Shown piece after piece: positions 53,714-64,000 of a DNA stretch of 64,000 nucleotides (position 1 is its first letter; every line of letters starts with the position of its first letter). Position numbers and translations under genes: made by a program. Below the pieces are notes generated by a model. The model was not told where the DNA came from. It was given only the letters and a program-made list of their open reading frames with translations, and searched no databases. Origin of the DNA: Daphnia carinata (taxonomy: Eukaryota); the NCBI RefSeq assembly GCF_022539665.2, contig NC_081332.1:1302001-1366000 (forward strand), in the 5' to 3' direction.

Positions 53714-55570
53714 ATTTAGATAATAACTGGTTGGAATTTCAAAACGGAAGCTGCTAATCGACATCATTATGTTTTGATTGATAATCAATAAAAAGAGAAT
53801 TTGCAAAATCAATAGCGTGTTATGTATACAATTATTAGTTATGCAAATTGACGATTTACGTTGGCAAGTGTTCCTTACTTACGAAATCCATTTTGATTTA
53901 TACGGGACCGAGGACCTAATTATAGCCAAAGGTTTCGTTCGGAGACGGAGGTTTAAACATTGTTTTTACTTTGCGTGAATGCAGTATCAAACAGGAGGAA
54001 AGTCAGTAGAAAACTAACTGTTACTGATGAATTGATTTTACTCCTGTTCAAAAAAGAAGGGGAAAAGCTAAAAATAATGTTTTTTTGCACATTCAACCAC
54101 TTTCTTTTTTTTGCCCGAATTTTGGCCGACAGATGGCACTGACTTCAAAGAGAGGTCGTAAATGATAGATGGCACTTTCGCTAACAGTGGCCGTTCTACG
54201 ATAATGTGAAATGTAAAATGGAGGTAAACCAAAAAGTCCCATTTCATGTAATGTCTTAAGTGTTGGATGAAATTTAAAGACGTATTATTGAACAATAGTA
54301 CTTAAAATGCATCATATGGAGCTTAGTTGAAGGTGGCAACAAAATACGTGATTTAACTAAGGGAAAAGAACTGGGAAACCATGCTTGTTATTCCATCGTG
54401 CTAAACCGTGCATTTTATTCACGATGAAACTGAAATGGTTTTCAGTGAGGGTAAGTTCTATAGGTTTTCCCTTTCTTTATCTCATTTTTGTAGCCACCCC
54501 ATGAGCTGTTAGCTTCTAGATGAGTTTACTTCTTAATTTAAAACACATGAACCTGGTTTTTGTCACAAAACTCTGTACTAATAATGCCATTCAATTCAGA
54601 AAAGCATTATCATTTCTTTCTAATATTTCAGTTGAAAACGAAGATCACCTGTACAGGCTGCGTGTGATGAATCATGACTACCATGGATTCTGTTCTGGAC
54701 TGCAGTCTTAACCATTGGCACAAATCCATATCTTGACGTAAGTGACTGGTTCATTTAAGTCTCCATTATCTTTCTATCTGTTCATAAAATTTCTTGTGAA
54801 TTTCAGAAATGACTTATATTCCTTAAGTACTATATATGCCATAGTGATATTTTATGATTTAGAATTTAAATTGTTACCTAAAAGCCTTTTGATTTTCCAA
54901 TTCAAGCAATGGTGAATCTTAAAACTAAATGGGTTTTTAAATTTTGTTCTTTTCTATTTTGCTTGAGATTGTAATCAATAGCTATAAACACTATTGTAGG
55001 AAGTAGAACAGGGTAAACACAGGAAGCATAAAACCGAAACTGTTTGAAATCGTGTGCTAAAAGAGGAAAAATAGTAATTGCGTAGTTATCCGTGGTATAT
55101 GCGTGGACCTGTCTCCTCGTGTGAACTTTAACATCATCACTGAGTCATATCTACAATTCCATAGTTATTTGGCTATGGAATTTGAACATTTGACTGTAAG
55201 GGGGTGAATCACAAATGTGCTACGTATTGTGAAACCTAAACTTAAACAGTAAAGATTTTGAGCGGCATTGGTAGTTTTTTCGTCATCGTTTGAGTTGCTT
55301 CAGTTTATGAGTCACCTGTTATCTATTTCCAATATTTAGATTGTATGCTTACAACTCACCTCTAGATAACAGTTGAGCCTTGTATATATAAGCGTAATGT
55401 ACGGAGCCTTCCCTCATCGACAGGAACGCATTCAATTGATACGGGCTCATTAGCTTATCTGGTCGAAATCGTTGTATTGTTTTCCTCCCTTAGCACCTTG
55501 CTACGTGATACCTTTTCACAAATCAAATTGTTGCTGTTCAATTTCGTCGTTATTTTAATCAATTTAAACC

Positions 55571-56256
55571 ATGGAAAAAATTCTAGCAGCAGCCGACGCA
55601 TTTGTGGGTCTTTTGGCATTTAGCTTGCAGGTAATTTCTCGTTGTTGTTAATCTCAAGTACGAGGTCATCTATATCCATGACCCTATTTTACTCACAATG
55701 TGAAAAGGTATCAGCGTTGGCGATTTATTCCAATTGGATTCCAGATGATATCGCTTCAGGCATTTGGGGAGGAATCTACCTTGTCGCCTTTGCAGCTCTA
55801 TTGGCCAGCAAAACGTCGGTTCTATTCTTCTCTTTTTAATCGAAAATTCTTTAAGTCTAACTACAATTTTAAATTAAATTATTAGATTGAAATCGAGCCA
55901 AATTGTCATGGGCATGGCGATATTCGCTTCGTTAATTGGTGCCACGTTAATAGGATTGTACTCTTGGAGTATTGATGGCTACCAAGGTTTGATTGCCGAC
56001 TGTGAATTGTATTCTAGCAATTCAACGTTGACCAATTCTACAGCAGGAGAAATGTATCCCGACATTTTCAGTCCTCCCAAAATATGTGAGTGATTTTTGA
56101 AAAATCTTTATTGACTGAATTGATATGAATATCTCTTGTGTATTGACCAACCTAGGTGACAGAGCGGCCATCGATTCTTTGATGATCATCTGTGGCATTC
56201 TGGCTGTTATCGTCAACGGTTTTATAGCTGCAACTGCTTCATCTATCACTTCATAA
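55571..56256 (+). CDS. Small four-TM CD20/MS4A-like protein (~155 aa), intact
   Basis: MEKILAAADAFVGLLAFSLQ | VSALAIYSNWIPDDIASGIWGGIYLVAFAALLASK | ..GMAIFASLIGATLIGLYSW..DC..PKI | CDRAAIDSLMIICGILAVIVNGFIAATASSITS*. It has a GIWGG motif, a Cys pair in loop 2, and intron phases 0/2/1 as in 42789-44221. Confidence 0.8.
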
Positions 56257-57016
56257 AATTTCTTTTAACTTTTCGTAAATCTTTAGAGTTCGGATTTGTT
56301 TCTATTTAATCCCATTTATCTGCATGAATATGAACTGTACCCTTATCTTTAAAAAAAGCATTGTAAACTATTTGATACGAGTGAAAAATTTCCGTTCCAA
56401 TTTTAATCTGAGCCATTAACCGAGAGTTTGTTTACACCATCTGAGTCTGACGGTTGCACATTGCGACACATTCCCTATGGTTTTAGAGGCAGAGTTTTTG
56501 TTTAAAAATTTCTTTGGATCTTTGTGTTATCTTAGCTTCAGACACATAAGGCATTTAATTACTTGATAATTTTTATTACAAGGCCAGGTAAAAAAAATGT
56601 TTCGACGATATTTCGAACAAGGACTGTTAGTGTAATTAACGTGCGTAATTAATATTCGTGTGTGGACTGAACTAGTGAGACACGCATTACGTGCGGCTGT
56701 GCCAATACTAATTTGGAACTCAAATAGCCAATTCTCGTATTGTGTAAATAGTGTAATTGGACAGTGTGTGTCTATGATACTAGCTTTCATGCCCATTTTG
56801 TGATTACTAATTGGACTCGTTACACGCGGAAAATCTGTGCGTGTTTAAAGAAACTGTTTAAACAAAGAGATTAATTGGATCTTTTTTATTTTCTAGATTT
56901 TCAGGGCCCATGTGGCCAATCATCGTCGATTTGGAGGGATATAAAAGCGCATCGGTAAGACAAGCAAATCATCAGCTACATCACGTCGCTTCTCCTGTTC
57001 TCATCAGAATTCCAAA

Positions 57017-57743
57017 ATGTATTCGCCATCAACATGTGGGTAAGTCATCAAATACTTAAGTTCGCTCAAAAATGTTTGAATTGCTGTGATAAACGTTATC
57101 TCGGAAAAAAAAAAAGTTAATTTGTTCAACGTTCAAATCAGATTTTTAGTCTTGATCGTTTTCGGATGCGTGCTACCAACAATCTTGGCCGCTCCGTCGA
57201 ATGTTGCATTTGGTCACGAAGGAAATGAACTGGCTGTTAACGATAGAAACGATTCGACCGATGTTGATGAAAACCCTTTAACCGTAGCCATGTTAGTTGC
57301 GGTGTGTTGAAATTCCATTTATCTTTTCAGTTTTTTCGTCGAATTATTTGAATTAATTCACCGTTACTGTGATTAATTTTCCATAATTTCTTGAACTTGA
57401 ACAGAGATATGGATGCCCAGTTGCCAAGGCTGCTGCTGTAGCGTGTAAGTTGTTACGCGACGGTGAAACCAACGATGAAGGTAACACTTTGGTTATGGTG
57501 ACTGACATCATCTTAATTATCTTTTTCCCAATTATTTATTGTAAAAGTTCTGTTGGAGAGATCTGGAGACGAAGACATGGATCAAATTGACATGAATAAA
57601 GTCCGTGAAATAGTTCAGGTAGTATAAATAAACATGTTCTTCACTGCAAAAACTATAACCGATACGACATTTCACCTCAGAAATACGGTTGTCCGGTAAT
57701 GAAAGCCTTCGCGTTTGCTTGCAAGCTGGTCCCCGGTAAATAA
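57017..57743 (+). CDS. Secreted two-module peptide precursor, copy 3 (type B, 130 aa)
   Basis: Exons 57017-57039, 57142-57301, 57405-57480, 57548-57618, 57681-57743: MYSPSTCGFLVLIVFGCVLPTILAAPSNVAFGHEGNELAVNDRNDSTDVDENPLTVAMLVARYGCPVAKAAAVACKLLRDGETNDEVLLERSGDEDMDQIDMNKVREIVQKYGCPVMKAFAFACKLVPGK*. Confidence 0.87.
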
Positions 57744-58528
57744 CTGGCTAGGATTTCAAAATGGGTACACTATTGATCGATAATTGTTTGCTTTCTGGTG
57801 GAGAGACAATAAAAAAGGAAATTTACACATCAATGTCGATTTTAGATATTATCAGTTCATCACAGTGATGTTGATGTGCGTTAGCAAAGATTGTTTTAAA
57901 CATCCATTGTCCAGTTTATGTTATTTGCAGGATTGGTGGATCTGCCAAAAATCTTTGAAACCACTCTAGTTAGTATGACGTTGTCGAATTCTAGGAAAGC
58001 TTGTGCAGTAGCCACTCTTCACGCTGATCATCATCGTCGTCAGGTAATATCTAAATGTTTCCTGGAATCTCTTTAATTCAAGGATTAATACGCAGTTTCA
58101 CCTTAGGGATTACCATCATTTTCACGACCGGACATCCTAGAAAACCTGTTAATGGGTTGGAAGGGATACTAATGCTGCTTTAAATACCACGCTTTTTTTC
58201 AGATTGCATCACACTCTTCTTTTAGTCAATAGCGAAGAAACAATGGGCCCGAAACGGTCTTCCGAACTAACTGACATTGTGATCGACATGATGAACAGAA
58301 CTGATTTATCCTTCTATTTCACCGGCACCATGAGGTAACTAAAAATCTTGTTTTATTATGTGAATGTCAAGTAATATATGAGCGAATCTTTGTCATTTGT
58401 CTTGCAGATTTGACACTTATTAATGGATTAGCTTGAATTTAATTAATGGATGGAGACTTAAATTTTTTTTTTTACGTTTAGACTGTTCGTAGTACGAGTG
58501 ATGTTGATAATTCCTTAAATTTCAACAG

Positions 58529-58873
58529 GCATACGGTAGCGATGTAACAAAGGTAGCAGCATGCGTATATGATAAATTAGCACACGATGGAACCATTGAA
58601 AAGTGTAAGAAAAGCTCAACTCGTTAACAGGATCTGAATTTCCTCATTCTTATAATAATTCGTTATAAAAGTAATGCTGGAAATAGCTAAAGAAGAGGGC
58701 GTGGATAAAATTGACACGAATCAAGTCCGTGAGATGATTGAGGTAATAGAAAACAAAAAACATTTTTCTTTATTAAAAATTATAAGCTGTATGGCTTTTA
58801 ATTTCAGAAATTTGGATGTTCGGCAACCAAATGGACCTGCGTCCTTTGGGCAGCTACATGCTGGGGTGGTTAA
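58529..58873 (+). pseudogene. 5'-truncated type A peptide precursor (exons 3-5 only), copy 4
   Basis: AYGSDVTKVAACVYDKLAHDGTIEK | LMLEIAKEEGVDKIDTNQVREMIE | KFGCSATKWTCVLWAATCWGG*. Homology starts inside intron 2 at ~58385, with no promoter or exons 1-2. Confidence 0.8.
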
Positions 58874-60580
58874 ATTTGAATAAAAAATGGTTGGAATTTC
58901 AAGACGGACACTGCTAATCGACGACCATTGTTTTCATTGATAATCAATAACATTAGAAATGACCAAATCAATAATCAAACAGAAAGTCAGTAGAAAAATA
59001 ATTGTCATTGATGGATGGAATTTATTCGTGTTCAAACCAAAAGCGGAAAAGCTAAAAAGGATGTTTTTTTGGACATTCAACCACTTCCGTTTTGGCCTGA
59101 CATTTCAGTCGACAGATGGCACTGAATAGGTCGAAGGTTAACGATAGATGGTACCACTTATAGTGGCCGTTCTCTGATGTGAAATGTAAAATAGAGGTAA
59201 TAAAAAAAATTCATTTCATTTAATCTCTTAGGTGGATTAGATGAAATTTAAAGACGTTTTATTGAACAATAGTATTTAAAAAGAATACTTAAGTGTATAA
59301 TGTGGAGCTTAATTGAAGATGACTCAACAGAAAACATGATTTGTTTAAGGGAAAAGAACTCGGAAACCATGCTTTTTATTCGATCGTGCTAAACCGTGCA
59401 TTTTATTCACGATGAAACTGAAACGGTTTTCAGCAAGGGTAAGTTCTATAGGTTTTCCTTTTTTTAAATCTCATTTTTGTGGCCATCCCATGAGCTGTTT
59501 TCTTCTTGATGAGTTTACTTCTTCATTTAAAGGACATGAACCTTGCTTTTGTCACAAAATTCTCTACCAATAATGCCATTTAATTCCTAGAATCATCATC
59601 GTTTCTGTCTAATACTTCAGATGAAAATGAAGCTCACCTGTTTCAGGCTGTGTGTGATGAATCATGACTACCGTGGATTCTCATCTTGAATGCAATCTTA
59701 ACCAGTGGCAGGAATCCATATTCTTGATGTAAGTGACTTTATGTTTCATTCAAATTTTCAACATCTCCCCATCTCTGATCATAATTCCCTGTGTATTTCG
59801 AAAATGATCTGATAATCATTAGGTATTTAATATTCCATAGTGATATTTTACGTTTTAGATTTAATTTGTTACCAAAAAGCCCTCTTTCTTTCCAGTTCAA
59901 GCAGTGGTGAATCTTAAAACTAAACAGGCTCTTGATTTTTGTTCTTTTCTATTTTGCTTGAGTTTTTAATTAGAAGCTATAAACCACTACTGTAGGAAGT
60001 ATAAAGGCGCAAACACGGTAAGAATAAAACCGAAACTGTTTGAAATTGTATGCTGAAAAAAGAAAAATTGTGATTGCGTAGTTATCTGTGGTTAATGCGT
60101 GGATATGTCTCCTCAGTGCCAATTTAAACATCATCATTGAATCATAGCTACAATTCCATAGTTATTTGGCTATGGAGTTTGGACATTAGACTGTAAGGGG
60201 GTTAGTAACAAATGATAACGTGTTATGAGGCCCACGTTTTAACAGTATAGATTTTGAGGGATTTTCGGGGTATGTTTTTGCGTCATAGAATCCCTTTGAG
60301 TTACAACAATTCACGAGTCACCGGTTATCTATTTCCGATATTTAGATCGTAGACTTACAACTCACCTCCAAATAACAATTTGTGCTTGTATAAATAAGCG
60401 TAATGTATGGAGCCTTCCCTCATCGACAGGGACCCAATCAATTCTTACGGGCTCATCCGCCTACCTAGCCCAAAGCGTTGCATTGTTTCCCCTGCCCCTT
60501 AGCATCTTGCTACGTGATACCTTTTCACAGACCAAATTGTTTCCGTTTCAATTTCGTCATTATTTTAATCAATTTAAACC

Positions 60581-61290
60581 ATGGAAAAAGTTCTAGCTGC
60601 AGCCGACACATTTGTGGGTCTTTTGGCATTTAGCTTGCAGGCAATTTTCCGTTGTTGTTAATCTCAAGTACGAGGTCAACTATATCGATGACCCTATTTA
60701 CTCGCAATGTGAAGCAGGTATCAGCGTTGGCGATTTATTCCAATTGGGTTCCAGACGATATCGCCTCAGGCATTTGGAGGGGGGGGATCTACCTTGTCGC
60801 TTTTGCAGTTCTATTGGCCAGCAAAAAGTCCGTTCTATTCTTTTCTTTTGAATTGAAGAATCTAAAGTCTAACTACAATTTTTAAATTAAATTATTAGAT
60901 TGAAATCAAGCCAAATTGTCATGGGCATGGCGGTATTCGCTTCTTTAATTGGTGCCACGGTAATAGGATTGTACTCTTGGAGTATTGATGGCTACCAGGG
61001 TTTGATTGCCGACTGTGAATTGTATTCTAGCAATTCAACGTTGACCAATTCTACAACAGGAGAAATGTATCCCGACATTTTCAGTCCTCTCAAAATATGT
61101 GAGTGATTTTTGAAAAATCTTTATTGACTGAATTGATATGAATATCTCTTGTGTATTGAACAACACCAGTGACAGAGCGGCCATCGATTCTTTTGTGTTC
61201 ATCTGTGGCATTCTGGCTTTTATTGCCAACGGGTTTCTAGCTGAATGGCTTGAATCATCACTTCGTAACATTTATTTTAACCTTTCGTAA
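60581..61290 (+). pseudogene. Decaying duplicate of the MS4A-like gene at 55571
   Basis: Intron 1 donor GT>GC (60641), GIWGG>GIWRGG insertion, last acceptor cctagGT>accagT (1-nt frame loss), and an altered 3' end. Confidence 0.65.
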
Positions 61291-62012
61291 ATTTTTAGAG
61301 TTCGGATTTGTTTCTATTTAATCCCATTTATCTGCGTGAATATTAGCTATACATTAATCTTTTAAAAAAACATTGTAAACTTTTTGATTTGAGTGAAAAA
61401 TTCCGTTCCAGTTTTAGTCTGAGCTATTTAACTGAGAGTTTGTTTACGTTATCTCAGTCTGACGGTTGCACATTGCGACCCATTCCCTATGGTTTTAGAC
61501 GCATCGTTTTTGTTTAAAAATTTCGTTTTTTCTTTGTGTTATCTTAGCCTCAGACACACTAGGCATAAAATTACTCGATAATTTTATTACAAGGCCAGGT
61601 AAATATGTTTTGACGAAATTTCGAACCAGCTGTGTTAGTTTAACATGCGTACTTAATATTCGTGTGTAGCCTGAACTATCGAGATACACCTTATGTTCGA
61701 CAGTGCTAATACTCATTTGGAACTCAAATAGCCAATTCTCGTATTATGTACATAGTGTCATTGGATAGTGTGTGTCTATGCTACTAGCTTTCATAGCCAT
61801 TCGTGATTACTATTTGGACTCGTTACACGCGGAAAATCTGTACGTGTTTTCAGAAACTGTTTAAACACAAAAATTAATTGGATCTTTTTTATTTCCTAGA
61901 ATTTCACGTACCATATGGCCAATCGTCGTCAATTTGTAGGGATATAAAAGCGCATCGGTAACACAAGCAAAATCATCGGCTACATCTCGTCGCTTCTCAT
62001 CAGAATTCCAAA

Positions 62013-62728
62013 ATGCGTTCGCAGTCAGCTTGTGGGTAAGTCTGCTAATTCCTTCTTGCTTCGAAATAATTGAATTGCTTTTTAAAAAATTGCATCTAAA
62101 AGAGAGAAATTAACGCTTCAGTGTAAATGTATTCCATTCAGATTTTTAGTCTTGGTTGTTCTCGGTTGCGTGCTACCAACAATCTTTGCCGCTACGTCGA
62201 ATATTGCATACGGTCACCAAGAAAACGAACTGGCAGTTAACGATAGAAACGATTTGACTGACGTCGATGAAAACGCGTTGATAGCGTTTATAATTAAGGT
62301 GTGTTGAAATTTCATTTGTCTTTTCAATTTATTCGTCGAATTATTTGAATTCATTAATGGTTACTACGATTAATATTCCATAATTTCGTTCATTTGAGCA
62401 GAAATTTGGATGCGCCGCGGTCAGAGCTGCTGCTACAGCGTGTAAGTTGATACGCAACGCTGAAATCAATGATGAAGGTAACACTTTAGTTATGCTGGCT
62501 GACAGCATCTTAATTATCTTTTTTCTCATTATTTATTGTAAAAGTTCTGCTCGAGAGATCTGGTGACGAATCTATGGACCAAATTGACATGAATGCCGTG
62601 GATTTAGCTAAGGTAGGATAAACAAACATGTTCTTCATTGCAAAAACTATAGCTGATACGGCATTTCATTTCAGAAATACGGTTGTAGGATAGTAAAACT
62701 CTTGGCGAAGGCTTGCAAGATAATCTAG
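62013..62728 (+). CDS. Secreted two-module peptide precursor, copy 5 (type B, 125 aa)
   Basis: Exons 62013-62035, 62142-62298, 62402-62477, 62545-62612, 62675-62728: MRSQSACGFLVLVVLGCVLPTIFAATSNIAYGHQENELAVNDRNDLTDVDENALIAFIIKKFGCAAVRAAATACKLIRNAEINDEVLLERSGDESMDQIDMNAVDLAKKYGCRIVKLLAKACKII*. Confidence 0.87.
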
Positions 62729-63199
62729 TAAATAAGTGGCTACGATTTCAGGATGGGTACTTTATTGATCGATAATCGTTTGTGTTCTGGTGGAGAGGCA
62801 ATAAAAAGGGAATTTGCATATCAATGTCGATGTTATATGTTTCCAGTTCATCAAAGTGGTGTTGATGTGCGTCAACAAAGATTTTTCTAAAATCCGTTGT
62901 CCAGTTTACATTATTTGCAGGATTGGTGAAACTGCCGAAGGTCCTTGAAATCATTCTAGTAAGTATTACGTCATCGAATTCTAGGAAAGCATATGCAGTA
63001 GCCACTCTTAACGCTGATCATCAGTGTCATCTGGTAATATCTAAATGTTTCTTGGAATCTCATTAATTCAAGGATTAATAAGCAGATTCACCTTAGGGAC
63101 TACCATCATTATCACGACCGGACTTCCTAGCAAACCCATTAATGGGATGGGGATACTAAGGGATGCTAAGTTTGATTTAAATACTACGTCATTTTTCAG

Positions 63200-63719
63200 A
63201 ATGTATCACACTCTTCTTCCAGCCAACAACAAAGAAACAATGGGTCAAAAGCAGTCTTCTTCTCTAACTGACATCGAAATCGACATGATGAATAGAACTG
63301 ATTTATCCTCCCATTTCACCAGCACCATGAGGTAACTAACAATTTTGTTTTTATTATTGTGAATGTCAAGTAATTTAACAAATTTCATTTTTAGCAGTTC
63401 CTATCAGCCGGATGAATGTTTTCATTGCGGGGCCAGATTGGAAGACAATATCTTATTTGATTCGAGCAGAGGAAAATCATCTGGAGACATTTCGGCTGTC
63501 CGATGTCGTCCGTGTCGCATTTGTCAGTCGACAAATGTCATCTTGGTGAAATTCCGAGAGGTTACCACGTCATGCCGTCGTTCTTTTCGAAGTCATCCCA
63601 CTGCTGATACAGAATCACAACCTTTCAGTTTAAATGGTAATCACAATAACATGCACCATGCAACATCACATAACCGGACCCAGCCCTCACATGATGGAGG
63701 AGTTTCTACGTTTCTTTAA
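63200..63719 (+). other. Two in-frame exons of an unidentified gene or gene fragment with CxxC...CxxC
   Basis: Exon 63200-63331 (phase 2) joins 63395-63719: ..PDECFHCGARL...CRPCRICQS... The first exon is duplicated at 58203-58334. Upstream exon-like pieces contain stops. Confidence 0.4.
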
Positions 63720-64000
63720 AACCCTTGACCACAAGTTCTATTATAAAAACAATTAGCAAGAAGAACTTTTAATTGCTTTTGTGCAGTTTTGATTAACATA
63801 AAATGTGATAGTCTCAACTTCTTCATTTCGCCTTGTTTTCAACGTTGGGAATGACACCTCTTGAAACGGAGGAAAATTCTAATTAGTTTTTATACTTGTA
63901 GAATAAAAATAAACTGTATGTTTGCTAATAGACATTCATTTATTCATTAAACCTCTGCCATTACAAGGACAAAAGTGAATTTCCCATATCCTGCGATCTT

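Larger units (their letters stand above)
48371..53910 (+). repeat. Near-identical tandem duplication, two ~2.77-kb units
   Basis: The anchor aatgcagtatcaaacaggaggaaagtc recurs at 48446, 51213 and 53978. The first two units match almost base for base over most of their length. Confidence 0.95.
53911..63400 (+). repeat. Diverged tandem duplication, two ~5.0-kb units (spacer, MS4A-like gene, peptide gene, gene fragment)
   Basis: Homologous landmarks are offset by ~5.0 kb: ATG 55571/60581, ATG 57017/62013, exon 58203/63200. Confidence 0.9.

Noticed and set aside
55157..55180. 8-bp inverted repeat TTCCATAG...CTATGGAA
   Set aside because: Too short to be significant; its recurrence near 60155 is explained by the duplication.
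29049..62728. TAB2 (IMD/TAK1 pathway) near the candidate defence peptides as an immune locus
   Set aside because: About 19 kb apart with unrelated genes between; no evidence of linkage.

Overview
Gene-dense, intron-rich animal DNA. The short (~55-80 nt) GT-AG introns, AT-rich spacers and gene content suggest a branchiopod crustacean such as Daphnia; this is inferred, not proven. Bases 1-31 kb hold mostly conserved genes: a PP2C phosphatase, SRP54, GPATCH11, an ENTPD5/6-like NTPDase, GET1/WRB (missed by the ORF track), NudC and a TAB2-like adaptor. Between them lie three secreted Pro/Tyr-rich proteins with furin-type sites, a Cys-rich DUF4789-like gene, an intronless GPCR and a small antisense gene nested in a NudC intron. 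Bases 32.9-44.2 kb hold a ~1,280-aa secreted acidic repeat protein and two CD20/MS4A-like four-TM paralogs. Bases 48.4-64 kb are a tandem array (two ~2.77-kb and two ~5-kb units). Spliced by hand, it encodes five copies (four complete, one 5'-truncated) of a 5-exon prepropeptide: signal peptide, acidic spacer, amphipathic (Y/F)G(C/S)-x9-C-type module, acidic spacer, second module, and Gly-Lys/Arg in three copies. This gene is co-duplicated with a further MS4A-like gene. The candidate antimicrobial/membrane-active peptide family is the most notable item. All gene models were assembled by eye and no database search was run.
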